DNA from: an uncultured bacterium
GTDB taxonomy: Bacteria > SAR324 > NAC60-12
Assembly (NCBI GenBank): GCA_965662235.1
Contig: CBFIGY010000005.1
Span: forward strand, 46,019 to 110,018
DNA length: 64,000 bases
Direction of reading: 5' to 3'
Below are positions 48,981-59,905 of this stretch, one piece after another. A program made the position numbers and the translations under genes. Position 1 is the first letter of the stretch, and each line of letters starts with the position of its first letter. Below the pieces are notes generated by a model that saw only the letters and a program-made list of their open reading frames with translations, was not told the origin of the DNA and ran no database searches.

Positions 48981-50147
48981 TTACTCACCCACGATGCGGG
49001 ACGCAGCATCGTTCAGGGCCGCTTCCACCGTGCTGGCGCCTGAGGTGATGTTGCCCAGAGCCGGAGCCATGGCCGACCAGAACTTTCCCATCTCCGGATT
49101 CGACGGCATCGGCACTCCGCTGGCGGCGTTCCGGACCGTTGCTTGAATCTTCGGGTCCGTCTGCTGAGCGCCAGCGGAGCGGTCGGTCAACACACCCAGT
49201 GCTCCGTTGGCATTCCAGGTGGCAAGGCCGTCATCGGTGAGGAGGTAGTTTTCCACAAACTCCACAGCCAGGTCCTTGTTCGGAGAAGCGGCATTGAGCG
49301 CAAGGGCCTGGACCCCCAGAAACGGCGGAGAGGGTTTTCCCGCTACAGACGGAATGGGAGCAACAGCGATGCGGATCCCGGCTTTCTCATAATTTCCCCA
49401 CGACCACGGACCATTGATGACCATAGCCACCTCGCCTTTGGCCATCGCGCCGTCCATCACGCCATAATCCACTCCTTGCGGCATCACGCCCTCGTCAAAG
49501 AGCTGCTTCAGGACACGAGCGCCGGTGAGGGCTCCGGCATTGTTGACGCCGGTGGTGGTGCCGTCGTAGGAGTCGTTGACCTTGCGGAAGGCAAAGCCGC
49601 CGTTTGCCATGAGGAGCGGCATGGTGAAGTAGGTGTTGTTGTAGTCCCACATGATGGGCTGGACCCCTTCCGGGAGGGAGAGGTTCTTGAGTTCTTCAAA
49701 GCTCTGGGGAGGCGTTTGGATCAGATCGGTGTTGTACACCAGCCCCACGGCTTCCACCGCCACCGGATACCCCCAGATCTTTCCGCCAAAGCGAACGGCG
49801 TCCCACGCCGTGTCCAGTTGTTCAGCCTGCAGCTTGGCGCTCGGGGTCACCGGCGCAATCAACCCACCGGCCGCCCACTCGCCAAAGCGGTCATGGGCCC
49901 AAAGGACTAGGTCCGGACCATCTCCGGTTGCGGCTGCCTGCTGAAACTTTTCCACAATCGGGTCCACGTCTTCCACCACAACCGGAATTCCCAGTTCCTC
50001 GGAAAAGCGGTCGCCAATCGACTGCAACGCCTCAGGGTCCCGTCCTCCGACCCAGACGGTGAGGGTTCCTTCTTCCAGTGCCTGCACAGGAAGGGCGGAC
50101 GTCGCCAGCAGAGCGGTTGCCAGGAAGGCATTGAACAGAGCTTTCAT
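48981..50147 (-). CDS. malE: Maltose/maltodextrin-binding protein
   Basis: EEG.L.VW, KFQQAAATGDGPD..LWAHDRFG, YP.AVEA, MVINGPWSW, MP..PEM..FW. Confidence 0.93.
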   Translation of the reverse strand: MKALFNAFLATALLATSALPVQALEEGTLTVWVGGRDPEALQSIGDRFSEELGIPVVVEDVDPIVEKFQQAAATGDGPDLVLWAHDRFGEWAAGGLIAPVTPSAKLQAEQLDTAWDAVRFGGKIWGYPVAVEAVGLVYNTDLIQTPPQSFEELKNLSLPEGVQPIMWDYNNTYFTMPLLMANGGFAFRKVNDSYDGTTTGVNNAGALTGARVLKQLFDEGVMPQGVDYGVMDGAMAKGEVAMVINGPWSWGNYEKAGIRIAVAPIPSVAGKPSPPFLGVQALALNAASPNKDLAVEFVENYLLTDDGLATWNANGALGVLTDRSAGAQQTDPKIQATVRNAASGVPMPSNPEMGKFWSAMAPALGNITSGASTVEAALNDAASRIVGE

Positions 50148-50211
50148 TGTGTCTCTCCTGATAGTGAGAAAATCCGAACAAACGCCAGCGGGCGCGTTCG
50201 CTCATGAGGCA

Positions 50212-51852
50212 TCAGCGAGGGGGATGCACCTCAATCGCCGTGATGCCCCAAACGGGTAACATGAAGGCAAAGCCATTGGGGCCGAGGGTCAGCGTCTCTT
50301 CGTGAGCTAGGGCATTTTGCGACGGTCCTTCCAGCGCACACTCTCCCGCCAGCGACACCGTTTGCGTCTGTGGTGAGAGGTTGAAGAGCGCCACCAACGA
50401 ATGATTATCCAAGGTCCGTGTAAAGGCAAGGAGGGGCTCCGCCAAATCAAAAAAACGAATCTCGCCGTGACGCAGTTCCGGATGCTGTTTGCGGAAGTTG
50501 AGCAGGGTCCGGTAGAACGCTAGGGTTGAATTCCGATCGGCCTCCTGAGCCTCCACGCTGAGGTCGGTGTGAGGTGGTTTGACCGGCAACCACGGCGTTC
50601 CAGAGGTGAACCCACTGGGCGCTGCGCCTTGCTTCCAGGGGATGGGGGTTCGGCAGCCGTCCCGTCCCTTGTAGTCTGGCCAAAAGCGGATTCCCGGAGG
50701 ATCGGTGAGTTCCTCAAAGGTCAGCTCGGTTTCCGGGAGGCCGAGTTCTTCCCCCTGGTAGAGGCAGACGGATCCCTTGAGGGAAAGCAGCAGGGCCGCT
50801 GTCTGACGTGCCAGCTGCGAACGCTGGCTGCTGTGCGACGCCCAGCGGGTGACATGCCGGATGACGTCATGGTTGGAGAAGCTCCAGCAGGGCCAGCCAT
50901 CGTGGGCGATGGAAAAGAACTGCTCCACACACTGACGGAAGTGCTGAGCCGAGAAGTGGTCCTGCAGCATCTCAAAGGAATACGCCATGTGAAGCCGGTG
51001 GTCGCCATCGGTGTACTCAGCCATCACAGGGATGCTGCGCTCGTGACTTTCCCCCACCTCTCCCACCGTGGTCCGGTCTGGGAACTCGTCCATCAGCGCC
51101 CGGATGCGTTCGAGGAAGGCCAGGTTCTCCGGACGTGTTTTGCTGTAGAGGTGCTCTTGCATGTCATACGGATTGACGCTGGGTCGGCTCTCGGAACGCT
51201 GGGCGGGAGGGTTGTTCCGCAACTCCCGGTCGTGGAAGTAGAAGTTGACGGTGTCAAAGCGGAAGCCGTCCACTCCACGTTCCAACCAGAACCGCATGGT
51301 CTGCAGCAGCGCGTCCTGCACCTGCGGATGATGGAAATTCAGATCGGGTTGTTCCTTGAGGAAGTTGTGGAAGTAGTACTGCCGCCGCGTCACACTCCAC
51401 TCCCAGGCAGACCCGCCGAAAACCGAGGGCCAGTTGTTGGGCGCGCTGCCATCCGGCTGCGGATCAGCCCAGACGTACCAGTCGGCTTTCGGACCGTCAC
51501 AGGAGGCCTTGCTTTCCTCAAACCAGGGATGCTGATCGGAGGTGTGCGAGAGGACCTGGTCGATCATCACCTTCAACCCCAGCGCATGCGCTCGCTCCAG
51601 CAACGCATCAAAGTCGGCAAGGGTGCCAAAGAGCGGATCAATGTCCGTGTAGTTGGAAACGTCATACCCCATGTCTGCCATGGGCGAGGGAAAGATGGGC
51701 GACAGCCAAATGGCATCCACTCCAAGGGACGCAACGTGCTCCAGCTGGCTGAGGATGCCGGGAAGGTCTCCCACGCCATCCCCATTCGCATCCATGAAGG
51801 AACGGGGGTAAATTTGGTAAATGACGCTTCCGCGCCACCAAGGACGATTCAT
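50212..51852 (-). CDS. aglA: Alpha-glucosidase, GH13
   Basis: WWRGSVIYQIYPRSF.D.NGDG.GDL.G, DGFRFD, NHDV, YQGEELG, GRDGCRTP.PW. Confidence 0.88.
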   Translation of the reverse strand: MNRPWWRGSVIYQIYPRSFMDANGDGVGDLPGILSQLEHVASLGVDAIWLSPIFPSPMADMGYDVSNYTDIDPLFGTLADFDALLERAHALGLKVMIDQVLSHTSDQHPWFEESKASCDGPKADWYVWADPQPDGSAPNNWPSVFGGSAWEWSVTRRQYYFHNFLKEQPDLNFHHPQVQDALLQTMRFWLERGVDGFRFDTVNFYFHDRELRNNPPAQRSESRPSVNPYDMQEHLYSKTRPENLAFLERIRALMDEFPDRTTVGEVGESHERSIPVMAEYTDGDHRLHMAYSFEMLQDHFSAQHFRQCVEQFFSIAHDGWPCWSFSNHDVIRHVTRWASHSSQRSQLARQTAALLLSLKGSVCLYQGEELGLPETELTFEELTDPPGIRFWPDYKGRDGCRTPIPWKQGAAPSGFTSGTPWLPVKPPHTDLSVEAQEADRNSTLAFYRTLLNFRKQHPELRHGEIRFFDLAEPLLAFTRTLDNHSLVALFNLSPQTQTVSLAGECALEGPSQNALAHEETLTLGPNGFAFMLPVWGITAIEVHPPR

Positions 51853-51910
51853 AAGGTTCACTCCAGTGTGCAATCAAAACGCTGCCACCATAGCAATATT
51901 CGGGTGAAAA

Positions 51911-51924
51911 TCAAAACGTTTTGA
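51911..51924. promoter_or_regulatory. LacI-family operator
   Basis: Perfect palindrome TCAAAACGTTTTGA (central CG) between divergent aglA and the LacI gene. A second half-site TCAAAACG lies near 51874. Confidence 0.8.
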
Positions 51925-52018
51925 GTGTTTTCGATTGCCTTTGGTTCAAGGGATTGCTATCACTTCAGCGAACAGACCCGAACGTCTAAAATTTAAACAT
52001 TTGCAGTGGAACCACATC

Positions 52019-53038
52019 ATGGCAACCCTGAAAGACATTGCCAAGCAGCTGGGAGTCTCTCCGGCAACGGTCAGTCGAGCGCTGAACGGGTTCCCCGAGG
52101 TACGGGCGGAAACGCGTGCGCGGGTGCAGCAGATGGCCCATGAGATGGGGTATCAGCCCAACCAGTTGGCCCGGAAGCTTGTCACGGGAAAGTCAGGGAT
52201 TGTCGGCATGGTCGTCAAGGCTCGACAGCAGGGGCAGGTGGACCCCAGCTTCTTTGAGGTCATCACCGGCATCAGCCAGCAGTTGGTGGAGTTTGACATC
52301 GACTTGGTGTTTCATGTGACGTCCCTTTCGGAGCCCCTCAGTGCCTACAAACGCCTGGTCCGCAAGCACACCCTAGACGCCTTCATCCTCAACGCACCGG
52401 AACAGGACGACCCCCGGATTCCCTTTTTGGAGCAACAGAAGGTCCCGTTTGTCGTTCATGGCCGCACCACCGTCGATGCGACGTACCCCTACTTTGACAT
52501 CGATAACTACAGCGCCGGCCGTGCCCCAACGGACCTGCTGCTCGACCTAGGGCATCAGCACATTGCCCTGATCAACGGGCCCAAGGAGGCGACTTTTGCG
52601 CAGGAGCGGCTCCGGGGCTTTTTGGATGCCCACCATGAGCGGGGGCGTTCGCCGATGCCGTCGCTGATCCACCACTTTCCCTTTGTCACATACGATTCTT
52701 ATGACGTCATTCAGCAGCTACTGAGCCAGACCCCTCGTCCCACAGCCATCCTGTGCACCTCCACCATCTTTGCCCACAGCGTGATCAAGATTGCGCGGCT
52801 GCTGTCGCTTAAGGTGCCCCGGGACCTCTCGGTGGTGGCCCACGACGATGACCTTCCCTTGCAGGCGGCGCTGATTGATCCACCCCTGACCGTCACGCGG
52901 GCGCCCCTCCAGAACGCCTGCAAACCACTTGCAGAGATCGTTCACCTGATGCTGACCAACCCACAATCGTCAGGCCTGCAGCGCATCGACCCGGTGGAGC
53001 TGATTGTGCGGCAGTCGATTGCTGCTGCTCCAAACTGA
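52019..53038 (+). CDS. LacI family transcriptional regulator
   Basis: MATLKDIAKQLGVSPATVSRALN, GYQPN..A..L, VP.DLSVV..DD. Confidence 0.93.
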   Translation: MATLKDIAKQLGVSPATVSRALNGFPEVRAETRARVQQMAHEMGYQPNQLARKLVTGKSGIVGMVVKARQQGQVDPSFFEVITGISQQLVEFDIDLVFHVTSLSEPLSAYKRLVRKHTLDAFILNAPEQDDPRIPFLEQQKVPFVVHGRTTVDATYPYFDIDNYSAGRAPTDLLLDLGHQHIALINGPKEATFAQERLRGFLDAHHERGRSPMPSLIHHFPFVTYDSYDVIQQLLSQTPRPTAILCTSTIFAHSVIKIARLLSLKVPRDLSVVAHDDDLPLQAALIDPPLTVTRAPLQNACKPLAEIVHLMLTNPQSSGLQRIDPVELIVRQSIAAAPN

Positions 53039-53044
53039 GGTCCC

Positions 53045-54136
53045 ATGAGCGTCCCTCCGGCCCTATCCATTCAGCAGCTGGGAAAGTCTTACGGCTCGGT
53101 AGAGGTCCTCAAGGACATCTCCGTTTCCATTGAGCCCGGGGCATTCTTGGTGCTGGTTGGACCATCCGGATGCGGGAAGTCGACGCTGCTGAACTGCATC
53201 GCCGGGCTGGAAGAAGTCAGCTCCGGAAGCATCTCAATCGCCGGCCGTGACGTCACCCAAGAGCCTCCACGCGACCGGAACATCGCCATGGTGTTTCAGT
53301 CGTATGCGCTTTACCCGACCATGAGTGTCGCGGAAAACATTGGCTTCGGCATGAAGATCCGCAAGGAAGCTCCCCAAGAGATCCAGCGCCGGACTCAGGA
53401 GGTCGCCCAGCTGCTGCAGATTGAGCCCCTGCTGGAGCGCTACCCCCGTCAGCTCTCAGGAGGCCAACGACAGCGGGTCGCCATGGGACGGGCCTTGGTG
53501 CGGGACCCTGAGCTGTTTCTGTTTGATGAGCCCCTCTCAAACCTCGATGCCAAGCTCCGGGTGGAGATGCGGGCTGAGATCAAGCGGCTGCATCAGCGGA
53601 CGAAAACGTCCATTGTCTATGTCACCCACGACCAGGTGGAGGCAATGACGCTGGCCACTAAGATTGTTGTCCTGCATAACGGAATCATTCAGCAGGTTGG
53701 GACTCCGGCAGAACTCTATGCCCACCCGGCGAACACCTTTGTCGCCGATTTCATGGGCTCTCCGCCGATGAACCTCATTCCCGCCCACCTTTCGGATGCA
53801 GGGGTCCTGCACTTCCGTGACGGGATTCAGCAGCCCCTGACGCCCTTGCCTCCGGCGTTGCAGGCCTACCGGAACCAGAACGTCATTGTGGGCATTCGTC
53901 CGGAGCACTTCCAGCTGGCAACGCCCGGGCAGGCTTCCCTGAGCCTAGAGGTGACCCTGGTGGAAAACACTGGCGCAGACGCCTACCTTTCCCTTGATTG
54001 GGGAACAGCGACCGCCATTGCTCGTCTGCCGGGGCAGGTCACGGCTTCTGTGGGAGAGTCGTTGGCCGTCCATGTTCCTGCTGAAGCGCTCTCCTTCTTT
54101 GACCCTGCCACCACCGCCCGGATTGACGCCGCGTAG
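53045..54136 (+). CDS. malK: Sugar ABC transporter ATP-binding protein
   Basis: [45 protein letters not shown]. Confidence 0.88.
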   Translation: MSVPPALSIQQLGKSYGSVEVLKDISVSIEPGAFLVLVGPSGCGKSTLLNCIAGLEEVSSGSISIAGRDVTQEPPRDRNIAMVFQSYALYPTMSVAENIGFGMKIRKEAPQEIQRRTQEVAQLLQIEPLLERYPRQLSGGQRQRVAMGRALVRDPELFLFDEPLSNLDAKLRVEMRAEIKRLHQRTKTSIVYVTHDQVEAMTLATKIVVLHNGIIQQVGTPAELYAHPANTFVADFMGSPPMNLIPAHLSDAGVLHFRDGIQQPLTPLPPALQAYRNQNVIVGIRPEHFQLATPGQASLSLEVTLVENTGADAYLSLDWGTATAIARLPGQVTASVGESLAVHVPAEALSFFDPATTARIDAA

Positions 54137-54307
54137 GGCTTCCTGAAGAAGCTCGCCTTCCCTGCAGTTGCGGCGACGGCGCCTTGCTTTTGTCCCAAAC
54201 TGACCTGATTGCCTTGCAACCCGGACAGCGGCTGGGGGAAAATCCATCCCCAGACTCCACTCCGGCAGCCTCGGCTGAGCCGGCACCTGGCAGCACCCCC
54301 TTTTCCG

Positions 54308-55312
54308 ATGATCCTGATGAAGTACAAAACGGTCCCTGCCCTGCCTGACCTGTCTCTGTCTGCCGTGGGCTTTGGCTGCTGGGGCATCAGCGGCAGCGAC
54401 GTGTGGAACCAGACCGACGACGCCCACTCCCGCCAGACCATTCACCAAGCCCTTGATCAGGGCATCAACTTCTTTGACGTGGCCCCCATCTATGGCAAGG
54501 GACACGCCGAGGTGATTTTGGGAGACGCCCTCAAGGGCAAACGGAATGAGGTGATCATCGCCAGCAAGTGTGGACTCCTCTGGGATGACCAGGGCCAGGT
54601 CACCAACAACCTAACCCGGGCCAGCATCCTCAAGGAGATCGACGACAGCCTACGGCGCCTGCAGACCGACTACCTGGACCTCTACCAGCTGCACTGGCCT
54701 GATCCGGAGACTCCGCTGGAAGAAACCATGAGCACGCTGGAAGCCCTCCGGACGCAGGGCAAGATCCGCTACATTGGCGTGTCTAACTTCTCAGTCGCCC
54801 GGACGCAGGAGGCCATGCGTTATGCACCCGTCGCTTCGTACCAGGGGCTCTACAACCTGCTGGAGCACAACCCGGAGCACTACCACAGCATCCCGCTGGA
54901 GTACCGGACCCGAGACGAGGTGCTGCCGTTCTGTCAGGAACACGGCCTCGCCTTCCTCCCCTACAGCCCCCTCTTTCAGGGCCTACTCACCGGCACCTTC
55001 CAGGCCTCTGGAAACTTTGACGAACACGACGCCCGCGCAGCCAACCCCAAGCTCAACGGAGAAACGTTTTTGCTTTACTATGAGCAGGTTGAGGCACTCA
55101 AGGCGTTTGCCCACCGTCTCGGGCAGCCCCTCAATCAAGTTGCCATCAACTGGCTGATTGCCCAAGACGCCGTGACCTCGGTCATCAGCGGTGGCCAGCT
55201 TCCGGAGCATGTGGACCAAAATGTGGGAAGCGTCCACTGGGAGCTGACACCGGAGCAGCAGCAAGAGCTGGAGGCCCTGCTGACGCCTCTGAAGGAAGCC
55301 GGGTACCTGTAG
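54308..55312 (+). CDS. Aldo/keto reductase
   Basis: GFGCW, GINFFDVAPIYG.G, SLRRLQTDYLDLYQLHWPD, GKIRYIGVSNF, YSPL.QGLLTG. Start at 54308 or 54317. Confidence 0.92.
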   Translation: MILMKYKTVPALPDLSLSAVGFGCWGISGSDVWNQTDDAHSRQTIHQALDQGINFFDVAPIYGKGHAEVILGDALKGKRNEVIIASKCGLLWDDQGQVTNNLTRASILKEIDDSLRRLQTDYLDLYQLHWPDPETPLEETMSTLEALRTQGKIRYIGVSNFSVARTQEAMRYAPVASYQGLYNLLEHNPEHYHSIPLEYRTRDEVLPFCQEHGLAFLPYSPLFQGLLTGTFQASGNFDEHDARAANPKLNGETFLLYYEQVEALKAFAHRLGQPLNQVAINWLIAQDAVTSVISGGQLPEHVDQNVGSVHWELTPEQQQELEALLTPLKEAGYL

Positions 55313-55315
55313 GTG

Positions 55316-57613
55316 TCACTCCGCCAAAATCGGCAACTCTAGGTGAAAGGCGGCTCCGCCACTCGGAAGGTTCTCCGCCCAGATCCGTCCCTGGTGGTCC
55401 CGGAGGATCCGGCGGCTGATGGAAAGGCCAAGGCCTGTGCTGTTGTGAACGGTTTTTGTGGAAAAGAGGGGGTCGAAGATTTGGTCAATCACCTCTTCCG
55501 GAATCCCTGATCCGCGGTCAAGAACACTGAGGTGCAGGGTTTGCTGCGGACCTGACTTGAGCTCAATCCGGACCTCCTCGGGGCCGCGCAGTCTCTGATG
55601 CCGCTTCTCCAACACGGCATCCCGGGCATTGATGAGCAGGTTCTGCAGCACCAGCGTCAGCTCCGTTTCCTGTGCCCGGACCCAAGGTTCCTCGTCCTCG
55701 CAGGTGTCCCACTCGCTGACAAACACCGGCGTCAGCTCCTGCTTCTGCAGCAAGCTTTTGAGGATTTCCAGCGTTTTCAGAACAATCCGGGAGAGGCGGT
55801 GTCGCGACGCCTCGCTCTCCTTGCCAACCATGCCGAGGGAGCGGTCCATGATGTTTCCGGCGTGAGCCAGGGCTTCATTCGAGGTGGTGATGTGCTCCTC
55901 AAGCTGATGCCAGTTGCGGCGTTGAACCTTGCGATCCAGCAGGTTCAGTTCAATGTTGAGGATCGCCAGCGGCTGTCGGAGGTCGTGGTTGATGCTGGCC
56001 GCGAGCTGTCCCACGGAATACAGCCGTTCATTCCGTCGGATGATCTCCCACATCTCCACATGCTCCGTGATGTCCTGGCTGATTCCTAAAATGACCTTCT
56101 TTCCCCCGACCTGATAGATCCGCTGAAAGGAGCGGACAAAGCGCCGGGTGCCGCTGGGAAGGTTCAGCTCCAGCTCCACTTCTGCCTGCCCAGACTGCGC
56201 CGAGTCAATCCGGCCCTGCTCAAAGTTGACCAGACTCCCGGGCGTCAGGCGTGCGGCAATCAGGTCAGAGTCAAACCACCCCTCTTCCGGAATCTCAAAC
56301 AGCTCGTGTAGGTAGGGATCCATCCACGAACGATTCAGCTCCGGATCCCGCTTGAAGTACCCGATCTTAGCCGCCTGGTTGACGATCTTGTGGACCTCCA
56401 GCTCCTCGGCCAGTTCCTCGCGTTGTTGCTCCTGTGCCGTCACATCCTGCGCCACCCCAATGAGCTTCTTTCCTCCCTGCACCGGTTGGAGGCCCACAAA
56501 GCCTCGAATCCACCGCTCCGATTGATCCGGGAGCAGGAGGCGGTAGAGGTGCGTCTGGCGCTCCCCCTGCTTGGCGTGCTGATCCGCCTGCTGAGCAAGC
56601 TCATCCTGCGCCTGTCGTTGCTCCGGATGCAACCGGCTCCGGAAGGTGCTGAAGGCGGTGGGTTCCCCTTCCTGAAGCTGCAGCAGTCGCTTGTAAGACT
56701 CGCTCCACCAGTTTTCCTCACTCTCGGTGCTTCCGGACCAAAATCCCAGCCGTGCAATGTCGGAAGCGACCTCCATCAGAGCCAGCTTTTCCTCCAGCTC
56801 CTCGCGGAGCTGCACATCCGCAGTGATGTCCACGCAGGTTCCCAAGACCAAGGAGTCGTTTCCAATCTGCACAGCCCGGGTGTAATCGCGGTAAACCCTG
56901 CGGGTGCCGCTGGGAAGGTGGGCTTCGTAGTCGATGCTGGCGTGTTCCCAATCGGGCAGGCCCCGGATGTGCTGCTGCACGCGTTTCCGGTCCTTCGGGT
57001 GCACACGGCTGAGGAAGAGCCTCTCGTTCACCGGAGTGCCGGATTCCAGCTCAAACAGCTCATAGTGCAGGGCGTCCCACCAAATCTCATGTGTGTCCGG
57101 ATTCCAGTGCCAGAAGCTCGTGCGGCTGGTTTCACTCGAAAGGGCCAGCAGCTCCCTTTCCCGTTGCCACTGGTGGTACACCGCCTCCTCCTGTGTGACA
57201 TCCTGGAAGGTCACCAGCAGGCTGGCTTCATGGTCAAAGTCAACCGGCTGCACACTGCCCTGCAGCACACGTAGGTTCTGGTTGCGGGTCCGGAACCGCA
57301 GGCGGTGGTTGTGAACAACGCCGTTCTCCTGGAGCGACGCCATCAGCAAGCGGCGTTCGTGAGGCGTCTCGTAATCATCCAGAGTCGAGGTGCCAATAAG
57401 AGCGTCCGGAGTCGTTTCAAAGAGCGCTGCGGCCGCTTCATTCGCATACTGAATGGTTCCCGAGGCCACATTCGTGATCATCACAGGAACCGCGGACCTC
57501 TGCCACAACGCCTTCAGCAGGCGGAGGCTGACCTGAAGCGGCTCACCGTCAGAAGAGGCCGGCTCCTCTTCCGGTGAAGAGAGGATTGACAAACGGTCCG
57601 CGCACGAAGTCAT
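55316..57613 (-). CDS. Multi-PAS sensor histidine kinase (orphan, cytoplasmic)
   Basis: About four PAS/PAC repeats ending QDVT, VDIT, QDVT, QDIT. H-box INHDLRQP, NLLINARDA, DRGSGI, IFDPLFSTK, GLGL. Confidence 0.88.
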   Translation of the reverse strand: MTSCADRLSILSSPEEEPASSDGEPLQVSLRLLKALWQRSAVPVMITNVASGTIQYANEAAAALFETTPDALIGTSTLDDYETPHERRLLMASLQENGVVHNHRLRFRTRNQNLRVLQGSVQPVDFDHEASLLVTFQDVTQEEAVYHQWQRERELLALSSETSRTSFWHWNPDTHEIWWDALHYELFELESGTPVNERLFLSRVHPKDRKRVQQHIRGLPDWEHASIDYEAHLPSGTRRVYRDYTRAVQIGNDSLVLGTCVDITADVQLREELEEKLALMEVASDIARLGFWSGSTESEENWWSESYKRLLQLQEGEPTAFSTFRSRLHPEQRQAQDELAQQADQHAKQGERQTHLYRLLLPDQSERWIRGFVGLQPVQGGKKLIGVAQDVTAQEQQREELAEELEVHKIVNQAAKIGYFKRDPELNRSWMDPYLHELFEIPEEGWFDSDLIAARLTPGSLVNFEQGRIDSAQSGQAEVELELNLPSGTRRFVRSFQRIYQVGGKKVILGISQDITEHVEMWEIIRRNERLYSVGQLAASINHDLRQPLAILNIELNLLDRKVQRRNWHQLEEHITTSNEALAHAGNIMDRSLGMVGKESEASRHRLSRIVLKTLEILKSLLQKQELTPVFVSEWDTCEDEEPWVRAQETELTLVLQNLLINARDAVLEKRHQRLRGPEEVRIELKSGPQQTLHLSVLDRGSGIPEEVIDQIFDPLFSTKTVHNSTGLGLSISRRILRDHQGRIWAENLPSGGAAFHLELPILAE

Positions 57614-57755
57614 GAGGAAATTGAGCTTGAGGGAACTTGAGGAAAATCTCGCAGTGGTCTGGCGGAAGGACACTTCCGTAACATACCGCTTTTCGAAGGC
57701 CAGTCCAATCCACTATTTCGGCGCAACGGTTCCGGGCTCCCGAGCGTGGCTTTGT

Positions 57756-59237
57756 TTACACCAGCACCGACTCCTGACGGATGCGCCGACGCACCACCTG
57801 TGACAGTTGATCGACCCCTAGGTTCAGCACCGCCATCACCGCCAGTAGCGCCACCGCCACGTCCAGCTGCTCCTCGGCAAACCCGGAATCAATGTAGAAG
57901 CCGAGGGTCGCAATTCCCAGCATGCCCAGCAGCGCAGACTCACGCATCATGATCTCCCAGCGGTAAAAGAGCAGCGCCAGAAACGGTCCATACAGCCGAG
58001 GCAGCACCTCGTATCCGTAGCGGTCCAGCCGTCGCCGCGGGGCATCCGGACGCAGCGTCAGCTGATCTGCACGCTGGCTGACCAGGAAGGCCAGAATTGC
58101 GCCGTTGTGCAAGGCAATGGCCGCAATGGCCGGCAGCATCGACGGTCCCCACAGGAGGACAAATCCGTATGCCAGGAGGTACTCTGGCGTGGTTCTCAGG
58201 ACAATCAAGACGCCATGCGTCAGCCGCCGAAACACCGGGCTGGCAAAGCGTCGGGAGGCTCCCGGGAACAGCACCAGCGTCAGAAGCCCCGTTGCCACCA
58301 GAACGATCTGGGTGAGGATCAGGGTGTTGAGGACGCCATTCCAGACGTCGCCTTGTGCCAGCTTCCAGGCCCAGTCCAGCACCTCAGAGGCGTTCCACTG
58401 CACCGTCTGGGTTCCGGCATAGAAGCCTTCTCGACGCACCGGCCAGGGCAGAATTTCCCAAGTGAGGAAGCGGTTGAGGTTTTCCCAAGAAAAATGGGTG
58501 GCCTTGGGCAGAAGCCCCCACGCCAGCAGCACCCAAACGGGAACCCAATGGGCCCGAAGCCACCAACGCAGGGTTCCAATCAGCAGGTAAAACGCGATCA
58601 GCAGCGCACCTGCCTCTGAATAAAGCCCCTCCCGCAACGCGGTCTCTAGGTGGAAGCCCAGCGTGGGCAGTCCAATGAATCCCAAAATGGCACTGGAACG
58701 GAGGGCGCACTCGAAACGGTAGGCGGTGTAGGTACGGAGTTCGGCTCCGGCCACAGGGAGAATGGCGTAAAAGAAGCCGCTGAGCCGAGACGTGCCCGCG
58801 GGCAATGCCTCTCGCGGACGGGCATCGGACTCCTGAATGAGCTCCGCATAGACCTTGGCGAAGATGCCGGCATACGGAATCGCAATCGCCAGCAGCCCGC
58901 ACACCGCGTTCAGGCCCAGCAAGGGCAAAAAGAGCAGGGCCCAGAACAGCTCATGGATCGAACGAACCAGCGCACAGAAGGCCCGGATCGGCGCCCAGTG
59001 AAAACCTGTAGCCAGCACCGCCCCCAAGACGGCGCCCAGAGACGTTCCGCAGAGAGCAAAGACCACCGTCTGCAGCAACGCCTCCCGGAAACGCCAGAGG
59101 GCGGACCAGTCGGGCGTCACGAACCCGGAGGCCATGCGTCCCAACTCGTCCCAGGGAGAGAGGGTGAGGACTTCCAGATCGGCGCCCAGCAACGCTATCA
59201 GCGCCACGGCCACAAAGCCGAGGCTCGTCTTCAGCAC
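57756..59237 (-). CDS. Fused double-domain PhnE/PtxC-family ABC permease
   Basis: RSIHELFWA, YRFECALRSSA.LGFIG and a second YRWE..MRESA.LG.LG. Confidence 0.85.
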   Translation of the reverse strand: MLKTSLGFVAVALIALLGADLEVLTLSPWDELGRMASGFVTPDWSALWRFREALLQTVVFALCGTSLGAVLGAVLATGFHWAPIRAFCALVRSIHELFWALLFLPLLGLNAVCGLLAIAIPYAGIFAKVYAELIQESDARPREALPAGTSRLSGFFYAILPVAGAELRTYTAYRFECALRSSAILGFIGLPTLGFHLETALREGLYSEAGALLIAFYLLIGTLRWWLRAHWVPVWVLLAWGLLPKATHFSWENLNRFLTWEILPWPVRREGFYAGTQTVQWNASEVLDWAWKLAQGDVWNGVLNTLILTQIVLVATGLLTLVLFPGASRRFASPVFRRLTHGVLIVLRTTPEYLLAYGFVLLWGPSMLPAIAAIALHNGAILAFLVSQRADQLTLRPDAPRRRLDRYGYEVLPRLYGPFLALLFYRWEIMMRESALLGMLGIATLGFYIDSGFAEEQLDVAVALLAVMAVLNLGVDQLSQVVRRRIRQESVLV

Positions 59238-59905
59238 GGCGCCTCCGGACGAGCATACAGCTCAGCCAAGCGCTCCGGAGGAACCTGCTCCGGCGGCGCG
59301 TCAAAAAGCAAACGTCCGTCCCGCAGTCCCAGCAGCCGCGTCGCATGACGCTGCGCCAGCTCAACGGAGTGCAGCGACATCACCAGCGTGTTGCTGGAAG
59401 CACGGAGCAGCTGCAGCAACGCATCCGCCTGGTGGGGATCCACCGACGAAACCGGCTCATCAGCCAGCACCACCGGGCTGTTGCGGTACAGGACGCGTCC
59501 CAGTGCCACCCGTTGCTGCTGCCCCCCTGAAAGTTCCCGGACCCGCTGCGTTCCCAGTCCAGCCAGCCCCACGCGGTCGAGGATGCCCTCCACCACCTCA
59601 CGGATGCGGGACGTCGGCCACACCAGGGTCCGAAGGTTCGCCCACAGCGAGTGTTGATCCAAACGTCCCATGTAGACGTTGTGCAGCACAGAGAGCTGAG
59701 GCACCAACGCATAGTGCTGGTGCATCAGGGCCACCTGGTCGGGGAGGCGCGCCTGAAGGGCCCGGAGGAGGGTGGACTTCCCGGCACCGCTGGGACCAAT
59801 CAGCGCCACCCGTTCTCCAGAAGCAATCTGCAGCGACAGCTCAGACAGCACCGGAAGCCCCCCATAGCCAAGGGACTCCCGGTTGAGGGCAAACACCACG
59901 CTCAT
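59231..59905 (-). CDS. PhnC-like ABC ATP-binding protein
   Basis: [35 protein letters not shown]. Confidence 0.88.
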   Translation of the reverse strand: MSVVFALNRESLGYGGLPVLSELSLQIASGERVALIGPSGAGKSTLLRALQARLPDQVALMHQHYALVPQLSVLHNVYMGRLDQHSLWANLRTLVWPTSRIREVVEGILDRVGLAGLGTQRVRELSGGQQQRVALGRVLYRNSPVVLADEPVSSVDPHQADALLQLLRASSNTLVMSLHSVELAQRHATRLLGLRDGRLLFDAPPEQVPPERLAELYARPEAPC